64,000 nucleotides of DNA from Gammaproteobacteria bacterium (GTDB taxonomy: Bacteria > Pseudomonadota > Gammaproteobacteria > Ga0077536), in NCBI GenBank assembly GCA_963662545.2, contig CAXXLL010000003.1, positions 1,216,001 to 1,280,000 on the forward strand. Reading direction: 5' to 3'. The notes beneath the pieces are model-generated. The model ran no database searches. It was not told the DNA's origin and was given only the letters and a program-made list of their open reading frames with translations. The translations under genes were made by a program, and so were the position numbers. Of this stretch, positions 41,150-51,336 are shown piece after piece. Position 1 is the first letter of the stretch; each line of letters starts with the position of its first letter.

Positions 41150-41200
41150 TAGCGTCGTTTCGCGTCAGGGTCTAGTTCGCCCGCGAGCGAGAAAACAAAG

Positions 41201-41262
41201 AAAAGGTGCCAGGTTTATTTAGAGCGGTTCGCTAACTACCAAAAATAAACCTGACGCCTTTT
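41201..41262. repeat. Inverted repeat pair (REP-like) at islet border
   Basis: AAAAGGTGCCAGGTTTATTT ... AAATAAACCTGACGCCTTTT. Confidence 0.65.
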
Positions 41263-41305
41263 TCTCTTTCTTCGCTTCGATAAAACTGGTCACCAGCGAT
41301 TCTGG

Positions 41306-41965
41306 TTATTGTGATCTCGATAACTCGTCGGGTATGTAACTTGGAATCTCTACTTCTGGAATATTTCGCGGATCGGGCTCAGGGGCTCCAAACTGCTGCG
41401 CGATGGGAAGGACGCCTGCCCAAACTGGTGTCGAATAATCCTCTTCGTCATCGATCGGTTGCCCGGTACGTATCTTGGCCGAGGCTTCGTCGATGGGGAG
41501 TGACAATACTAACGTTGCCCGGATTTCCTTGTCATTTATCGGCCGCAGCTGATCCCAGCGGCCGGGATATAGCCCGTCCAAAAAGATTCTCAGCTTCTCC
41601 AGTTTCATCTCAGAATCGTCGATGGCTTCTGCCTTTCCGAAAATAGTCACGGAGCGAAAATTCGCGGAATGGTGAAATGCAGAACGTGCTAGAACTAATC
41701 CATCGAATAATGCGACATTTAGGCAAACGTCATTACCGTTCCCAGCTCGAATTGCGTGGGAGCCCGTAGAGCCGTGCCAAAAGACGCGGTCGCCTTCTCG
41801 CCATTGTAGCGTTGGCACAACAGCAGGTTTGCTCTCGAGTAAGTACGCCACATGACAAAATGGAGACGCGTCGAGGATTTTGTAAATGGTGTCCCGCTCA
41901 AACGAACCACGCTCACGTAATCTACTTAGTGTCGTCCGTGGGGTCGGGATCAGTTCTTTTTCCAT
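41306..41965 (-). CDS. Pyridoxamine 5'-phosphate oxidase family flavin-nucleotide-binding protein
   Basis: HGSTGS, DGLVLARSAFHHSANFRSV, SAKIRTG. Confidence 0.9.
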   Translation of the reverse strand: MEKELIPTPRTTLSRLRERGSFERDTIYKILDASPFCHVAYLLESKPAVVPTLQWREGDRVFWHGSTGSHAIRAGNGNDVCLNVALFDGLVLARSAFHHSANFRSVTIFGKAEAIDDSEMKLEKLRIFLDGLYPGRWDQLRPINDKEIRATLVLSLPIDEASAKIRTGQPIDDEEDYSTPVWAGVLPIAQQFGAPEPDPRNIPEVEIPSYIPDELSRSQ

Positions 41966-42086
41966 TGTTTGTAACTCCGGCAGGTTTTGGAACATTGTGC
42001 CAGAAGAACCGGTTCGCTAAATGCTTCGCCCACGAACGAATTGGGTGTCAGGGTTTGCCTTTTGCTGTCGATGTCGCCTTTGGGTC

Positions 42087-42246
42087 CAGACTGTGTGAAA
42101 ACTCAAAAATACGACGACGAAATAAAAATATTCCCCACCAGCATAGTTGTTATGCCCCTCGAATAGGGATCGGCATTTCAATTAGATCCAATTTCGAGGG
42201 TAGTTCCCCCACTTTTGAAAAATGAAAATAGTTTTCACACAGTCTG
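42087..42246. mobile_element. 160-bp MITE, family B (IS1182-derived)
   Basis: CAGACTGTGTGAAAACT...AGTTTTCACACAGTCTG; GGTC duplicated on both sides. Confidence 0.88.
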
Positions 42247-42461
42247 GGTCGTCAGCGGCCTCGTTGCAGTAGCGCGACACCGCTTTAGATTACGTCTGCA
42301 ATCCTCTCCATAGCGGTCGTCGGGATGCTTCAAACGTTAAGTCGAGGGGGTACGAGGGCTCTCGACCATTAGGCGACCTTCTCCAGAATCTCGCGCTCAT
42401 ATATTCTGACTGTTAGCTGGGCTCCAGACACCATTTACAACAACGAATCTAGGATTTAGGT

Positions 42462-43628
42462 ATGTCCGTATCGCGGCTTGAGAACATTACGAAGATAGGC
42501 GTGGAAGAAATGGGAGACCTTGCTGATGGTCTCCACGACCCCGAAATCTTGCGCTTAGAGAACCTTGACACCGACCTGCGGCCCCCTGAATCAGCGCTCA
42601 AATTTACGAAGGCCGCCATCGACGACGATACGGCAAACAGTTATCTGCCATTCCTCGGCCTCGATTCGGCACGGCAAGCTGCGGCCGCGCTAGTCGGAAA
42701 GCATGCGGGATGCACATACGACTGGCGAACCGAATGCGTCATTAGCGCGGGTGGCTTAGCGGGAGTCCTTAATGTCTTGCTCGCGACGTTGGAACCCGGT
42801 GACGAAGTGCTGATGACTGATCCGATTTACGTTGGTCTGATCAACCGTGTGCGTCTCGCGGGTGGGGTACCTAGATTTGTACCGCTGATTGCTTCACCGC
42901 AAGGATGGCGCCTAGATAAAAACGCCCTGGGAAAAATCGACCCGTTATCTGTAAAAGCCGCGTTGTTAATGAGCCCTGCGATGCCGACAGGAGCTGTTTT
43001 CGACGATAGCGAATGGCAGGCTCTGACAGATTTCTGCAAGCGCGCCGATTGCTGGTTGATTAACGACTCTGCAATGGAGCGAATCCTCTTCGACGGGAGG
43101 CGAGTTATTCATCCTGCGGCACTTCCAGAAATGCGAGATAAAGTTCTCACCGTTGGATCTGCATCAAAGGAATACCGCATGATCGGATGGCGTGTAGGTT
43201 GGGTGGTTGGGCCAGCTCGAATACTGGCAGACATAGCGCGTGTAAGTATCACGAATGTCGTCTGCCAGACAGGCATTGCTATGGGCGCCGTCGCGACCGC
43301 GATTCGTGACCCCAATGATGGGATCAAATCATGTGTCGAGGAGTGGCAGCGCCGGCGCGACTTGCTGATTGCAGAATTGCAAGAATTTGCTGTTGTCCCC
43401 CCTCACGGTGGATGGTCGTTTCTAATCGATGTGTCCCCGCTCGGCATCGACGGACCGTCTGCATCGAAGCAATTGTTAGATCGTGGAAAAGTAGCGACGA
43501 CTGCGATGCTTAATTGGGGAGGACCCGATAGCAGCAAATACGTCCGAATCGTATTCGCTAATGAACCCCTGGAACGATTGAAGGGGGTCGGGAAACGGTT
43601 TCGAAACGCGTTAATATCGAGTATGTAA
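42462..43628 (+). CDS. PLP-dependent aminotransferase class I/II
   Basis: GSASKEYRMIGWRVGW, SPAMPTG. Confidence 0.9.
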   Translation: MSVSRLENITKIGVEEMGDLADGLHDPEILRLENLDTDLRPPESALKFTKAAIDDDTANSYLPFLGLDSARQAAAALVGKHAGCTYDWRTECVISAGGLAGVLNVLLATLEPGDEVLMTDPIYVGLINRVRLAGGVPRFVPLIASPQGWRLDKNALGKIDPLSVKAALLMSPAMPTGAVFDDSEWQALTDFCKRADCWLINDSAMERILFDGRRVIHPAALPEMRDKVLTVGSASKEYRMIGWRVGWVVGPARILADIARVSITNVVCQTGIAMGAVATAIRDPNDGIKSCVEEWQRRRDLLIAELQEFAVVPPHGGWSFLIDVSPLGIDGPSASKQLLDRGKVATTAMLNWGGPDSSKYVRIVFANEPLERLKGVGKRFRNALISSM

Positions 43629-43783
43629 TCTCATAGCCTTTGGGTGCTCGTGAGTGACCGAATAGTCGAAAATCCGGGTAACAAGTCGTGTATGGAAGCC
43701 TTCCGCAAGTAGAGACGAAGAAACGTTGTAGACGATTGAAATAGTTCGCGGTCGTGTATCCAGCCTCATTGTGGCTTTTTGAT

Positions 43784-43910
43784 GGATATAGGTGACGGAG
43801 GGATTAAGGATATAGGTGACGGAGGGATTAAAACTTAATCCCTCCGTCACCGTCCGTCACCTTATTGCCGTCCGTCACCTTATTGCCGTCCGTCACCTTA
43901 TTGCCGTCAC
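43784..43910. repeat. Tandem/inverted micro-repeat cluster
   Basis: 2x 24-bp GGATATAGGTGACGGAGGGATTAA, perfect 17-bp inverted repeat, 3x 18-bp GTCCGTCACCTTATTGCC. Confidence 0.85.
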
Positions 43911-44289
43911 GTAGAACTTCGGCGCAGCGAAAGTATGGAGTTTATCAACAGAATTGGCCGACAGCGGTCATCACGGATTTGCGTTTGCACACCGCCAATT
44001 TGCTGTACCTAGCTGTGCGCACACCCGCTGTAGCTCCCGTAACTACCAACCATCGCCTATCGAACAACGCAAAATTCGTCTCATGTCCGCCACATAACGA
44101 TTCAATCGATCCTCGTAGACTAAATGCGCGACCGACGCATGCTCTAAAAGGGGCCGTTATTCGGCCTCATAAACTCCGCAGCATCGATTCTTTTACGCAG
44201 ATGCCCGGGGCAGTCGATCGCGCTTAAAATGGGTGCTCAATGAATCTTCAAAAACGCGCACAGATGAATCCGTGCGTAAGGAGGCGCAG

Positions 44290-44769
44290 ATGATCAAGGG
44301 CCTGCACCACAGCGCGTACCGCTGCCGAGATACCGAAGAGACCCGCAAGTTCTATGAGGATTTCCTCGGCCTGCCGTTCGTCGAGGCGTTATGGATCGAA
44401 GAGACGAAAACCGCCCGCACCACCAACGTGTTGCATACGTTTTTCCAGATGGACGACGGCTCGTGCCTCGCATTCTTCGAGGTGCCACACGAACCATTCG
44501 AGTTCAAAGATCAACACGATTATGACTTACATATCGCATTAATCATTGAACCGCCAGTCTTAGAGCCGATGCTGGAGAAGGGTAAATCGCTCGGGATCGA
44601 ATCGCGCGGGATCGCGGATCACGGATTTACCGATTCCATCTACTTTCGCGATCCCAACGGCTATGTCGTCGAGCTGTGTGCGCCGAAAACCAAAGCTGAT
44701 TCGGAGTTCTTCGACGCAGCTAAGGCGAAAGATACGCTTGCAAATTGGCAGCGGTCGAAGAGCGCCTAA
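44290..44769 (+). CDS. VOC/glyoxalase family protein
   Basis: AAGGAGG RBS; GLHHSAY, HIAL, SIYFRDPNGYVVEL. Confidence 0.9.
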   Translation: MIKGLHHSAYRCRDTEETRKFYEDFLGLPFVEALWIEETKTARTTNVLHTFFQMDDGSCLAFFEVPHEPFEFKDQHDYDLHIALIIEPPVLEPMLEKGKSLGIESRGIADHGFTDSIYFRDPNGYVVELCAPKTKADSEFFDAAKAKDTLANWQRSKSA

Positions 44770-44777
44770 ACCCCAAA

Positions 44778-45836
44778 CTAGGCGCGCGCTTCCAGCACCA
44801 TATTCGTCGGCGTCTCCGTCGCGCGACGCACGCGCGAGAATCCGGCTTCGTTGAGTATTTCCGTCAAGCGCTTTTCGCCCGCCTGCGCACCCAGGCCGAG
44901 ACCGACTTCCTGTGCCCGCGACGTCGGCACGCAGACGGTGGTCGAGAAACCATAGAAAATACCTGCCAGTACGTGCAGGTTATCGACGAGCTTATCGCCC
45001 GCCATGGGCTCGACCAGCATAAATGTGCCGTCGGGCTTTAATGATTGCTTGATGTGACCCGCGGCACCAACGGGGTCGCCCATGTCGTGCAGCGCATCGA
45101 AAATGCACGCAAGATCGTAATCGTCCCCGGGAAATCCCTTTGCGGTGACCACTTCGAATTCGGCATTCGTTACGCCCACGTCCCGCGCGCTGGCCCTCGC
45201 TTTCTCGATCGAGGGCTCATGAAAGTCAAAGCCGTACACCTTGGAATTCGGGAAGGACTGCGCCATTAGGATGGTCGAGGAACCGAGGCCGCAGCCGATA
45301 TCGGCGATCTTCGCTCCTGCTATCAGCTTTTCTTCGACGCCTTCGAGTGCGGTGATCCAGTTTTCGACGAGATTCGCTACGTAGCCGGCCCGGAAGAACC
45401 GATCGGTGCCACAAAAACAGCAGCCATGGTGATCGGACCAAGGCCGCCCGCGGCCCGATTGGAACACGTCGACTGCGGTATCGTGCGTCGCATACTGGCC
45501 GACCACCGCCTGAAAAAAGCCTTGCATACACGTCGGTTCACCCTCGTGAGAGAAGATCGCCGCTTGCTCCGGCGACAAGCTGAACGTGTCGTCTTCGGGA
45601 TGATAGGTGACGTAGCCGGCCGCTGCGTTAGAGGACAGCCATTCTCGTAAGTACCGCGCATCCACGTTCGCTTTCTGTGCGAGCGCTTCGTGTCCACAGG
45701 GCCCGAAGGACTCGAGCGCGCGGTACACACCCGATTGATCGCCTATGTAGGCCATTAAGAGACCGATCGCGCCGCCGACGTCCGTCAGGACTTTGCCTTG
45801 GAGTTCTTCGAATTTCGTCTGGTCAAAATGTTCCAT
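44778..45836 (-). CDS. Class I SAM-dependent methyltransferase with N-terminal winged helix
   Basis: RYLREWL, ADIGCGLG, FDALHDMGDP. Confidence 0.9.
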   Translation of the reverse strand: MEHFDQTKFEELQGKVLTDVGGAIGLLMAYIGDQSGVYRALESFGPCGHEALAQKANVDARYLREWLSSNAAAGYVTYHPEDDTFSLSPEQAAIFSHEGEPTCMQGFFQAVVGQYATHDTAVDVFQSGRGRPWSDHHGCCFCGTDRFFRAGYVANLVENWITALEGVEEKLIAGAKIADIGCGLGSSTILMAQSFPNSKVYGFDFHEPSIEKARASARDVGVTNAEFEVVTAKGFPGDDYDLACIFDALHDMGDPVGAAGHIKQSLKPDGTFMLVEPMAGDKLVDNLHVLAGIFYGFSTTVCVPTSRAQEVGLGLGAQAGEKRLTEILNEAGFSRVRRATETPTNMVLEARA

Positions 45837-46222
45837 TGTCTTTTCCTTTCTGGCTCCCTTTTTATGTTATCCGCCGACTTTAGTGCTTGTGCATTCGAGT
45901 CGCAATATTACTGATCAGAGTATGGGCTTAGTCATCGAAGCTGCGCAATGATTCGCTCTCGACGTGGGTATGTGACGATCTCGGGCACAACGACGAATAC
46001 GCTGCAGAACTCGAACATTACCTGTGTCTCTAGGAGAAGGCGAATGGTCAGCTGCGGAAGAACTCCGTGAGGCGCAGCGCCTTTTCAGTGACTCAGCGCT
46101 CATGGCCACGCAGAACGAATTTCGGCTGTAATGAAGAATTGAGTTCCGTGGGTATCACGCACCGAAGAAGAAACACCTCGCGTGCTCTATTTACTCGATG
46201 CCTCCAGGGTCCGCTCCGGGTC

Positions 46223-47907
46223 CAGAGTGTGTGAAAACTCTGCATCAGATAAGATCACTCTTTCGGTCCTGGGGAGTCGTTGATGAGCGGGTTCATTGAA
46301 GGCGCGGACCGCCGCCAAACAACGCTGTTTCCCGAGTGTCTGGACGATTATGTCGCTGAGGAGAGTGCGGTGCGGGTCATCGATGTGTTCGTCGATGAGT
46401 TGGATCTGTCAGGTCTGAGTTTCAGAACCGATGCGCATGAGACGGGTCGACCGGGGTATCACCCGGCGACGATGCTGAAGCTCTATATCTACGGTTACCT
46501 GAACCGGGTTCAATCGAGCCGTCGCCTGGAACGGGAGGCGCAGCGGAACGTGGAACTGATGTGGCTGACGGGTCGTCTGGCGCCTGATTTCAAGACCATT
46601 GCCGATTTCCGCAAAGATAACGGTGACGCCATTCGTCTGGTATGCCGGGAGTTCGTGATGCTGTGCCGTAAGCTGCAGCTGTTTTCGGAAGCCTTCGTGG
46701 CGATAGATGGCAGCAAGTTCAAAGCGGTAAACAACCGTGACCGGAACTTCACGAAGGCGAAGCTGAAACGTCGGTTGCAGCAGATTGACGAGAGCGTTGA
46801 GCGGTACCTGGCGGAAATTGCAAGTGCCGACCGCCAGGAGCGTGCGGTGTCAGGTGACAAGTCGCAGCGTTTGAAGGACAAGATCGAGGTACTGAAGGAA
46901 GAGATAGGCCGCCTAAAAAAGCTCGAGGTACGGCTCGAGGAGACGCCGGACCATCAGGTCTCACTGACGGACCCGGACGCGCGCTCGATGGCGACGAGCG
47001 GCCGTGGCAGCGGCATGGTGGGGTACAACGTGCAGACGGCGGTCGACACGAAGAGTCATCTGATTGTGGCACATGAAGTGACGAACGTAGGTCATGACCG
47101 GGCGCAACTGTCGAACATGTCGGAGAAAGCCAAAGAGGCGCTGGATAAGAAGGAGTTGACCGTCGTTGCGGATCGCGGGTACTTCAGTGGCGAAGAGATC
47201 TTGGCGTGCGCTAAAGCCGGCATCACGACCTATCTGCCGAAACCGCAGACCTCGGGTAACCAGGCGAAGGGCTTGTTTGGCAAGCGCGACTTCATTTACC
47301 AACCCGAAGAGGATGCGTATGAATGCCCGGCCGGTGAGCGACTGATTTACCGGTTCACCCGAGTGGAGAAAGGCAAGCAGATCCGGCGCTACTGGAGTTC
47401 GGCGTGTCCCCGCTGCCCGATCAAATCTAAATGCACAACGGGTCGATACCGGCGCGTCAGCCGTTGGGAACATGAAGCGGTTGTTGAAGCGGTGCAGGCG
47501 CGATTGGATCGTGAACCTGACCCTATGCGTGTCCGCCGAGAGACGGTCGAGCATCCATTTGGCACGATCAAATCCTGGATGGGTTCGACCCACTTCCAGA
47601 TGCGCACGCTGAAACACGTTGGTACGGAAATGAGTCTGCACGTGCTCGCTTACAACATGAAACGCGTGATGAATCTACTGGGTGTCGCTACGCTCATCGA
47701 AGCGATGACGGCATGAGACCCTCTGTGGCCTCGAAAACTCCCTGATCCACGGCTTCACTGCCGGCTTCTGGGGCCGTTCTAAGGAATGTTCCATTAACTA
47801 ACCGATCGCATTGGACCGCGAGCGCGGCCGTCGTAACCGCGCCGCGTTGCGTCTGACGAGGAGTTCTCGACGTGATTCCTCTTCATTCCGAGTTTTCACA
47901 CACTCTG
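46223..47907 (+). mobile_element. Complete IS1182-family insertion sequence (1685 bp)
   Basis: 18-bp TIRs CAGAGTGTGTGAAAACTC / GAGTTTTCACACACTCTG; GGTC target duplication. Confidence 0.93.
46283..47716 (+). CDS. IS1182 family transposase
   Basis: GRPGYHP, SSRRLERE, PDFKTIADFR, IDGSK, TDPDAR, ADRGY, VEHPFGTIK. Confidence 0.95.
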   Translation: MSGFIEGADRRQTTLFPECLDDYVAEESAVRVIDVFVDELDLSGLSFRTDAHETGRPGYHPATMLKLYIYGYLNRVQSSRRLEREAQRNVELMWLTGRLAPDFKTIADFRKDNGDAIRLVCREFVMLCRKLQLFSEAFVAIDGSKFKAVNNRDRNFTKAKLKRRLQQIDESVERYLAEIASADRQERAVSGDKSQRLKDKIEVLKEEIGRLKKLEVRLEETPDHQVSLTDPDARSMATSGRGSGMVGYNVQTAVDTKSHLIVAHEVTNVGHDRAQLSNMSEKAKEALDKKELTVVADRGYFSGEEILACAKAGITTYLPKPQTSGNQAKGLFGKRDFIYQPEEDAYECPAGERLIYRFTRVEKGKQIRRYWSSACPRCPIKSKCTTGRYRRVSRWEHEAVVEAVQARLDREPDPMRVRRETVEHPFGTIKSWMGSTHFQMRTLKHVGTEMSLHVLAYNMKRVMNLLGVATLIEAMTA

Positions 47908-48291
47908 GGTCGACTCCGGACTCGTGCAGTACAGTATCGCGCGACCGCCTACGGCAGTATTGCGGACCCTCATCTCGTAAAGCCCGATTGCAAAGTGCGG
48001 TGTTCATGCGGCGGCAACTGTCAGGTCAGATTGAATCCAGGATGCCAATCTGTAAGAACGAGTCCAAGTTTTTACAATTAATACGAAGGAGGTTAGCGTA
48101 AGAGATTCATTGAAACTCCATTTCGCGGAACCTCGGTCATCGAAGTTCATTACAAGTCGATGCGATCGCACTTTGTAAGAAAAGTCAGCGCCGGATTTGA
48201 GACTTGTAATCAATCGCGTCTTTGAGCTTAAAGGAAATTTTTAGTCAACCGTCCGATCCTAAAATACCTTAGATTGAGATTTTGACCCGAC

Positions 48292-48585
48292 GTGTCTTCG
48301 TTTTACCAATGGGACGGCGACGTCCTGATCCTCAACATCCGCGGGACGGCCGGTGCGAAGCGGGATATGATCGGCAAGGTCATAGGCGATCAGCTCAAGG
48401 TCAGCGTAAAGGCGGCGCCCGAGGCCGGCAAGGCGACGAAATACATGGTGCGCTTTCTCGCCGGAGAATTTGGCGTTTCCTCTCGGGATATCGAAGTCGT
48501 TTTCGGAGCGACGAATGTCAAGAAACAATTTCGGATCAAGGCACCGACACGGCTGCCGTCGGTGATTGAGCGGGACGGCGGCTGA
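48292..48585 (+). CDS. DUF167 (YggU/UPF0235) family protein
   Basis: LKVSVKAAPEAGKAT...FLAGEFGV. Confidence 0.85.
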   Translation: MSSFYQWDGDVLILNIRGTAGAKRDMIGKVIGDQLKVSVKAAPEAGKATKYMVRFLAGEFGVSSRDIEVVFGATNVKKQFRIKAPTRLPSVIERDGG

Positions 48586-48656
48586 GAGAGGGTCGAGCGC
48601 GGCCGGCACACGAACAATTCGCGGTTCCGTTTCGACCTCTTCGACGGCGCGCCGTT

Positions 48657-49427
48657 TCAGCGCAGTCGCCGGTAAGCGCCCGGTGATCGCCGCCGCCTGC
48701 CGTAATAAGGATGGCGTGCAAGAAGTTTGAGGTCGCGAAACCCCAGCACCAGGATGGCACCGGCGACGAAGCCCCCGACATGCGCCCAAAACGCGACTCC
48801 GCCGCCCTCCGCGCCGATTGAAATGACCCCACCTAAGAACTGGATCAGAAACCAGTAGCCGAGCATCCAAATGGCCGGGATCGCGAAGGTCGTGACGTAA
48901 AAGCCGAACCAGAACAGCATGTGGACGTTTACCCGCGGATAAAGCACGACGTAAGCGCCCATCACCCCGCCAATCGCACCCGAAGCGCCGACCATGGGTA
49001 TCCCCGATGCGGGATCCGACACCATCTGCAGTACGGCCGCGGCCAGGCCACAAAGCAGATAGAACACAACGAAGCGGCCGTGGCCCATGGAGTCTTCCAC
49101 ATTGTTGCCGAAGATCCAGAGGAACCACATGTTACCGATTAGGTGCATCCAGCTGCCGTGCAGGAACATGTGGGACAACATCGAGATCCAGTTCGCGCCA
49201 TCGGTAATACTGCAATAGGTACGCGGCCCGACGAGCATCCGCGTACCCGGTTCGAGGGTATTCAGCAGTTCACCCGGTATGAGTCCAAGCGTACAGACTG
49301 AGCGCGCGAGCGCGGGCTCGGTACCCAGGCCCTGCACCGCCAACCAGGCGATCGCGTTGAGGGCGATGATGCTGACGGTGACATAGGGCGTCAGGAAGTG
49401 GGGATTATCGTCGCGGATTGGAATCAT
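48657..49427 (-). CDS. Rhomboid intramembrane serine protease
   Basis: HMFLHGSWMHLIGNM, GASGAI, AHVGGF. Confidence 0.93.
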   Translation of the reverse strand: MIPIRDDNPHFLTPYVTVSIIALNAIAWLAVQGLGTEPALARSVCTLGLIPGELLNTLEPGTRMLVGPRTYCSITDGANWISMLSHMFLHGSWMHLIGNMWFLWIFGNNVEDSMGHGRFVVFYLLCGLAAAVLQMVSDPASGIPMVGASGAIGGVMGAYVVLYPRVNVHMLFWFGFYVTTFAIPAIWMLGYWFLIQFLGGVISIGAEGGGVAFWAHVGGFVAGAILVLGFRDLKLLARHPYYGRRRRSPGAYRRLR

Positions 49428-49589
49428 CGTTTTTATCGGGTATGGATTACGCGGCGAGAGCTTAGCGTGAGATCCTTGCTATTCGCATTTGGTTCCACCG
49501 ATCGAAATATGGAATAGCCGTGCAAATGTGAGACAGATTAATGTTTACCCGCGGGCGGATGAATCAAGCCCGTCGGACAAAACCCGCCA

Positions 49590-50627
49590 CTAAGAAGTCT
49601 CCGTCGCGCTGTTATCGATCTGCGCGAGAAGCGTTCCGGCGTTCGACCCATCGAACAGTGCATCATAGATCTGCGGAAGATTCTCGAACCCCGATCGGAG
49701 GTCTTCACGATGCACGATCTGGCCACTCTCGGTCCATGCTCTCAGATCCTTGATGGCTTCCGGAAATCTGTCGGCGTAATTACGCGACAGAAATCCCTGC
49801 ATGGTGATGCTGCCGTAGATCAAGCGCATCATGTTGCGCGGGCCTTCAGGCGGTTTGTCGTCGTTGTAACTTGAAATCTGTCCGCAAAGAACAATGCGAC
49901 CAAACGGCGCCATGTTGTCGATTGCAGCCTGCAGGATCTCACCGCCCACGTTGTCGAAAAAAATGTCAATGCCGTCCGGGCATAAGTCGGCCAGCCGTTT
50001 AGCGACCGGTTCCGACTTATAATCGATCGCTGCATCGAGTTTGCAGGTATCCGTGAGCCAGCGGAACTTTTCCGCTCCTCCGGCGATGCCGATCACGCGG
50101 CATTCTTTGATCTTCCCCACCTGCGCAGCGATGGATCCGGTCGAACCCGCCGCCGCGGATACGACGAGCGTATCACCGGCTTGCGGGCGGCCGACCTCGA
50201 GCAAGCCGCAATAACCCGTCAAGCTGTTCAATCCGAACCGGCCCATGGCCTCGACGAAGCTCAGGCCGTCGTCGATGACGCGTATGGGCAGAGCGCCGGT
50301 CGAGATGACCTGGTAATCCTGCCAGCTACCCATGGTGGCGACGCGCGAACCGGCAGGATATTGCGGATCGGCGGACTCAAGGACTCGCGCCACAGACGGC
50401 GCCATTACCGGCGCACCGAGAGGAATCGAGGGGTAGAGGCTGTTGCCCGGCGGGTCCATCCAGTTGCGCATGGTCGGCGCGCACAGCAACACGACGTTGC
50501 GCAGCAGGATCTGACCGGGTTCAAGCGCCGCTTCGGGCATCTTCCCCTCACTGTATTCGAAGTCGTCCTGCTTGATCCTGCCTTGAGGCCTTCTCTTGAG
50601 CAGCCATTGCCGATTGATTTCAGACAT
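49590..50627 (-). CDS. NADP-dependent oxidoreductase (CurA/YncB-like MDR)
   Basis: VVSAAAGSTGS, DIFFDNVGG, CGQISSYN; probable start MSEINRQW. Confidence 0.9.
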   Translation of the reverse strand: MSEINRQWLLKRRPQGRIKQDDFEYSEGKMPEAALEPGQILLRNVVLLCAPTMRNWMDPPGNSLYPSIPLGAPVMAPSVARVLESADPQYPAGSRVATMGSWQDYQVISTGALPIRVIDDGLSFVEAMGRFGLNSLTGYCGLLEVGRPQAGDTLVVSAAAGSTGSIAAQVGKIKECRVIGIAGGAEKFRWLTDTCKLDAAIDYKSEPVAKRLADLCPDGIDIFFDNVGGEILQAAIDNMAPFGRIVLCGQISSYNDDKPPEGPRNMMRLIYGSITMQGFLSRNYADRFPEAIKDLRAWTESGQIVHREDLRSGFENLPQIYDALFDGSNAGTLLAQIDNSATETS

Positions 50628-50894
50628 CGATTGATTCCTTAGCTTTCGTGTTTCGTCGGGAACCCGCGGTTCGCACGGGCGCCGGAGAGGGTATTGAAGA
50701 CACTCACGATCGTTTGATTCGTCGCACAAACGACTCTCAATCCTCCTGACCGGAGAATACAATTACCTATTTCAACACGTTACATGCTTTCGTTTTGTGG
50801 GTGTTTCGAATCGAGAGCCGCGATTCGGGGCGGTTCGCGGGTGTCTCGAATCGGAGACAAGGGTGTCAAGTATATTGGGGATCTTGAATGGCGG

Positions 50895-51278
50895 ATGGGA
50901 AATCTTGCTTCGATGCTGGAGTTCTACGGGCGGATCGCGCGGCGGCTGCAGGGCGCAAAGCCGATTTTCAGGGTGATTGCGGCGCTAGGCGCGGTTGCCT
51001 TCTTCATTCTCGTCTTCCTGCCGGACGTGCCGGTCGGTCCAACGTATGCTTTTCTGGCGATTACCATTGCCCTGTCGTCATTCTTTCTCGTCTTGGTGGT
51101 CAATCTTTTCTCCACGCCAGTGCCCGTCATCGAGCCCGGGTTCAGCCTGCTGGCCAGGTTCAGGATCCGACTGCGACGCGCCATGCTCTTGATATCAGCC
51201 GTTGTATTGAGCGCGATGGCGCTCACCATCGTGGTGTATTCCTTCATCGCTATGGGCGGTCTCCTCAGAAATCTTTGA
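50895..51278 (+). CDS. Hypothetical membrane protein
   Basis: Three hydrophobic segments. Confidence 0.55.
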   Translation: MGNLASMLEFYGRIARRLQGAKPIFRVIAALGAVAFFILVFLPDVPVGPTYAFLAITIALSSFFLVLVVNLFSTPVPVIEPGFSLLARFRIRLRRAMLLISAVVLSAMALTIVVYSFIAMGGLLRNL

Positions 51279-51336
51279 ATGCGATGTCGGATACCGCTTG
51301 GTCAATCGACATCACCACGCTTTAAGGCGACACGGT

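Noticed and set aside
43784-43910. Possible CRISPR array
   Set aside because: Repeats are directly adjacent with no unique spacers, and there are no cas genes.
41200-48260. Integron cassette array
   Set aside because: No intI and no attC core-site pairs; genes are in mixed orientations.
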